32,000 bases of DNA from Gemmata obscuriglobus (GTDB lineage Bacteria; Planctomycetota; Planctomycetia; Gemmatales; Gemmataceae), in NCBI RefSeq assembly GCF_008065095.1, contig NZ_CP042911.1:3570001-3602000 (forward strand). The letters are read 5' to 3'. A model generated the notes under the pieces. That model was not told the DNA's origin, searched no databases, and was given only the letters and a program-made list of their open reading frames with translations. This document shows positions 31,950 through 32,000 of this stretch, piece by piece. Both the position numbers and the translations under genes were made by a program. The first letter of the stretch is position 1. Every line of letters starts with the position of its first letter.

Positions 31950-32000
31950 TCAGGCGGCCACCGCCTTGGCGGCAGTTTTGACCAACCGACGGATCACCTC
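31950..32000 (-). CDS. 3' end of an upstream gene, probably a MoxR-type AAA+ ATPase (only the last 16 codons are in the window)
   Basis: The minus-strand frame reads ...EVIRRLVKTAAKAVAA* and is open to the window edge. The MoxR assignment rests only on conserved MoxR-DUF58 gene order. The fragment itself is not diagnostic. Confidence 0.35.
   Translation of the reverse strand, partial: EVIRRLVKTAAKAVAA

Noticed and set aside
1-32000. Search by eye for rRNA, tRNA, transposase/integrase, phage or toxin-antitoxin genes and known defence-system hallmarks
   Set aside because: Nothing recognisable was found. The MITE-like and REP-like calls therefore have no cognate autonomous element within this window and remain structural descriptions only.

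Overview
High-GC bacterial chromosomal segment. It is most consistent with a Planctomycetota (Gemmata-like) genome; this is inferred from multiple TIGR03067-type small paralogs, a secreted protein with an LExxExRxxP-type leader, a membrane-anchored HEAT-repeat protein and a Bat-like MoxR/DUF58/VWA cluster. No rRNA, tRNA, CRISPR array, transposase or integrase was recognised.

Bases 1-15.2 kb carry mixed-orientation metabolic and accessory genes:
- a GH15 glycosidase (5' truncated by the window edge)
- a CPA2 antiporter-gluconokinase (gntK) operon
- two tandem paralogous small secreted proteins
- a secreted hypothetical protein
- a signal-peptide-bearing AbgB-like M20 amidohydrolase
- a DUF2721 membrane protein
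- a 1130-aa HEAT-repeat protein
- a Tat-signal GHL6/GH42M-like glycosidase
- a small Zn-ribbon orphan

Bases 15.3-32.0 kb are one uninterrupted minus-strand gene train, in transcription order:
- probable MoxR (only the 3' end is in the window)
- DUF58
- an array of TIGR03067-like small anchored, secreted or lipoprotein paralogs; this array contains a 0.92-kb tandem duplication, a truncated gene fragment and a copy with an in-frame TAG
- a BatA-like double-anchored VWA protein
- a second VWA membrane protein
- a 3-TM large membrane protein
- a 1037-aa secreted coiled-coil protein with a Gly-Met repeat tract
- a secreted prenyltransferase/terpene-cyclase-fold protein

This train is the best candidate in the window for an uncharacterised envelope system. 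Several structured non-coding elements punctuate the window:
- a 185-bp MITE-like palindrome that shares a 20-nt core with a 28-bp hairpin 26 kb away
- a nested 20-bp palindrome pair between the two VWA genes
- a 30-bp inverted repeat built of 9-bp iterated units and flanked by 44-bp direct repeats
- a CGGAAT-rich inverted repeat between moxR and DUF58

All family assignments are motif recognition by eye from memory. No searches were run.
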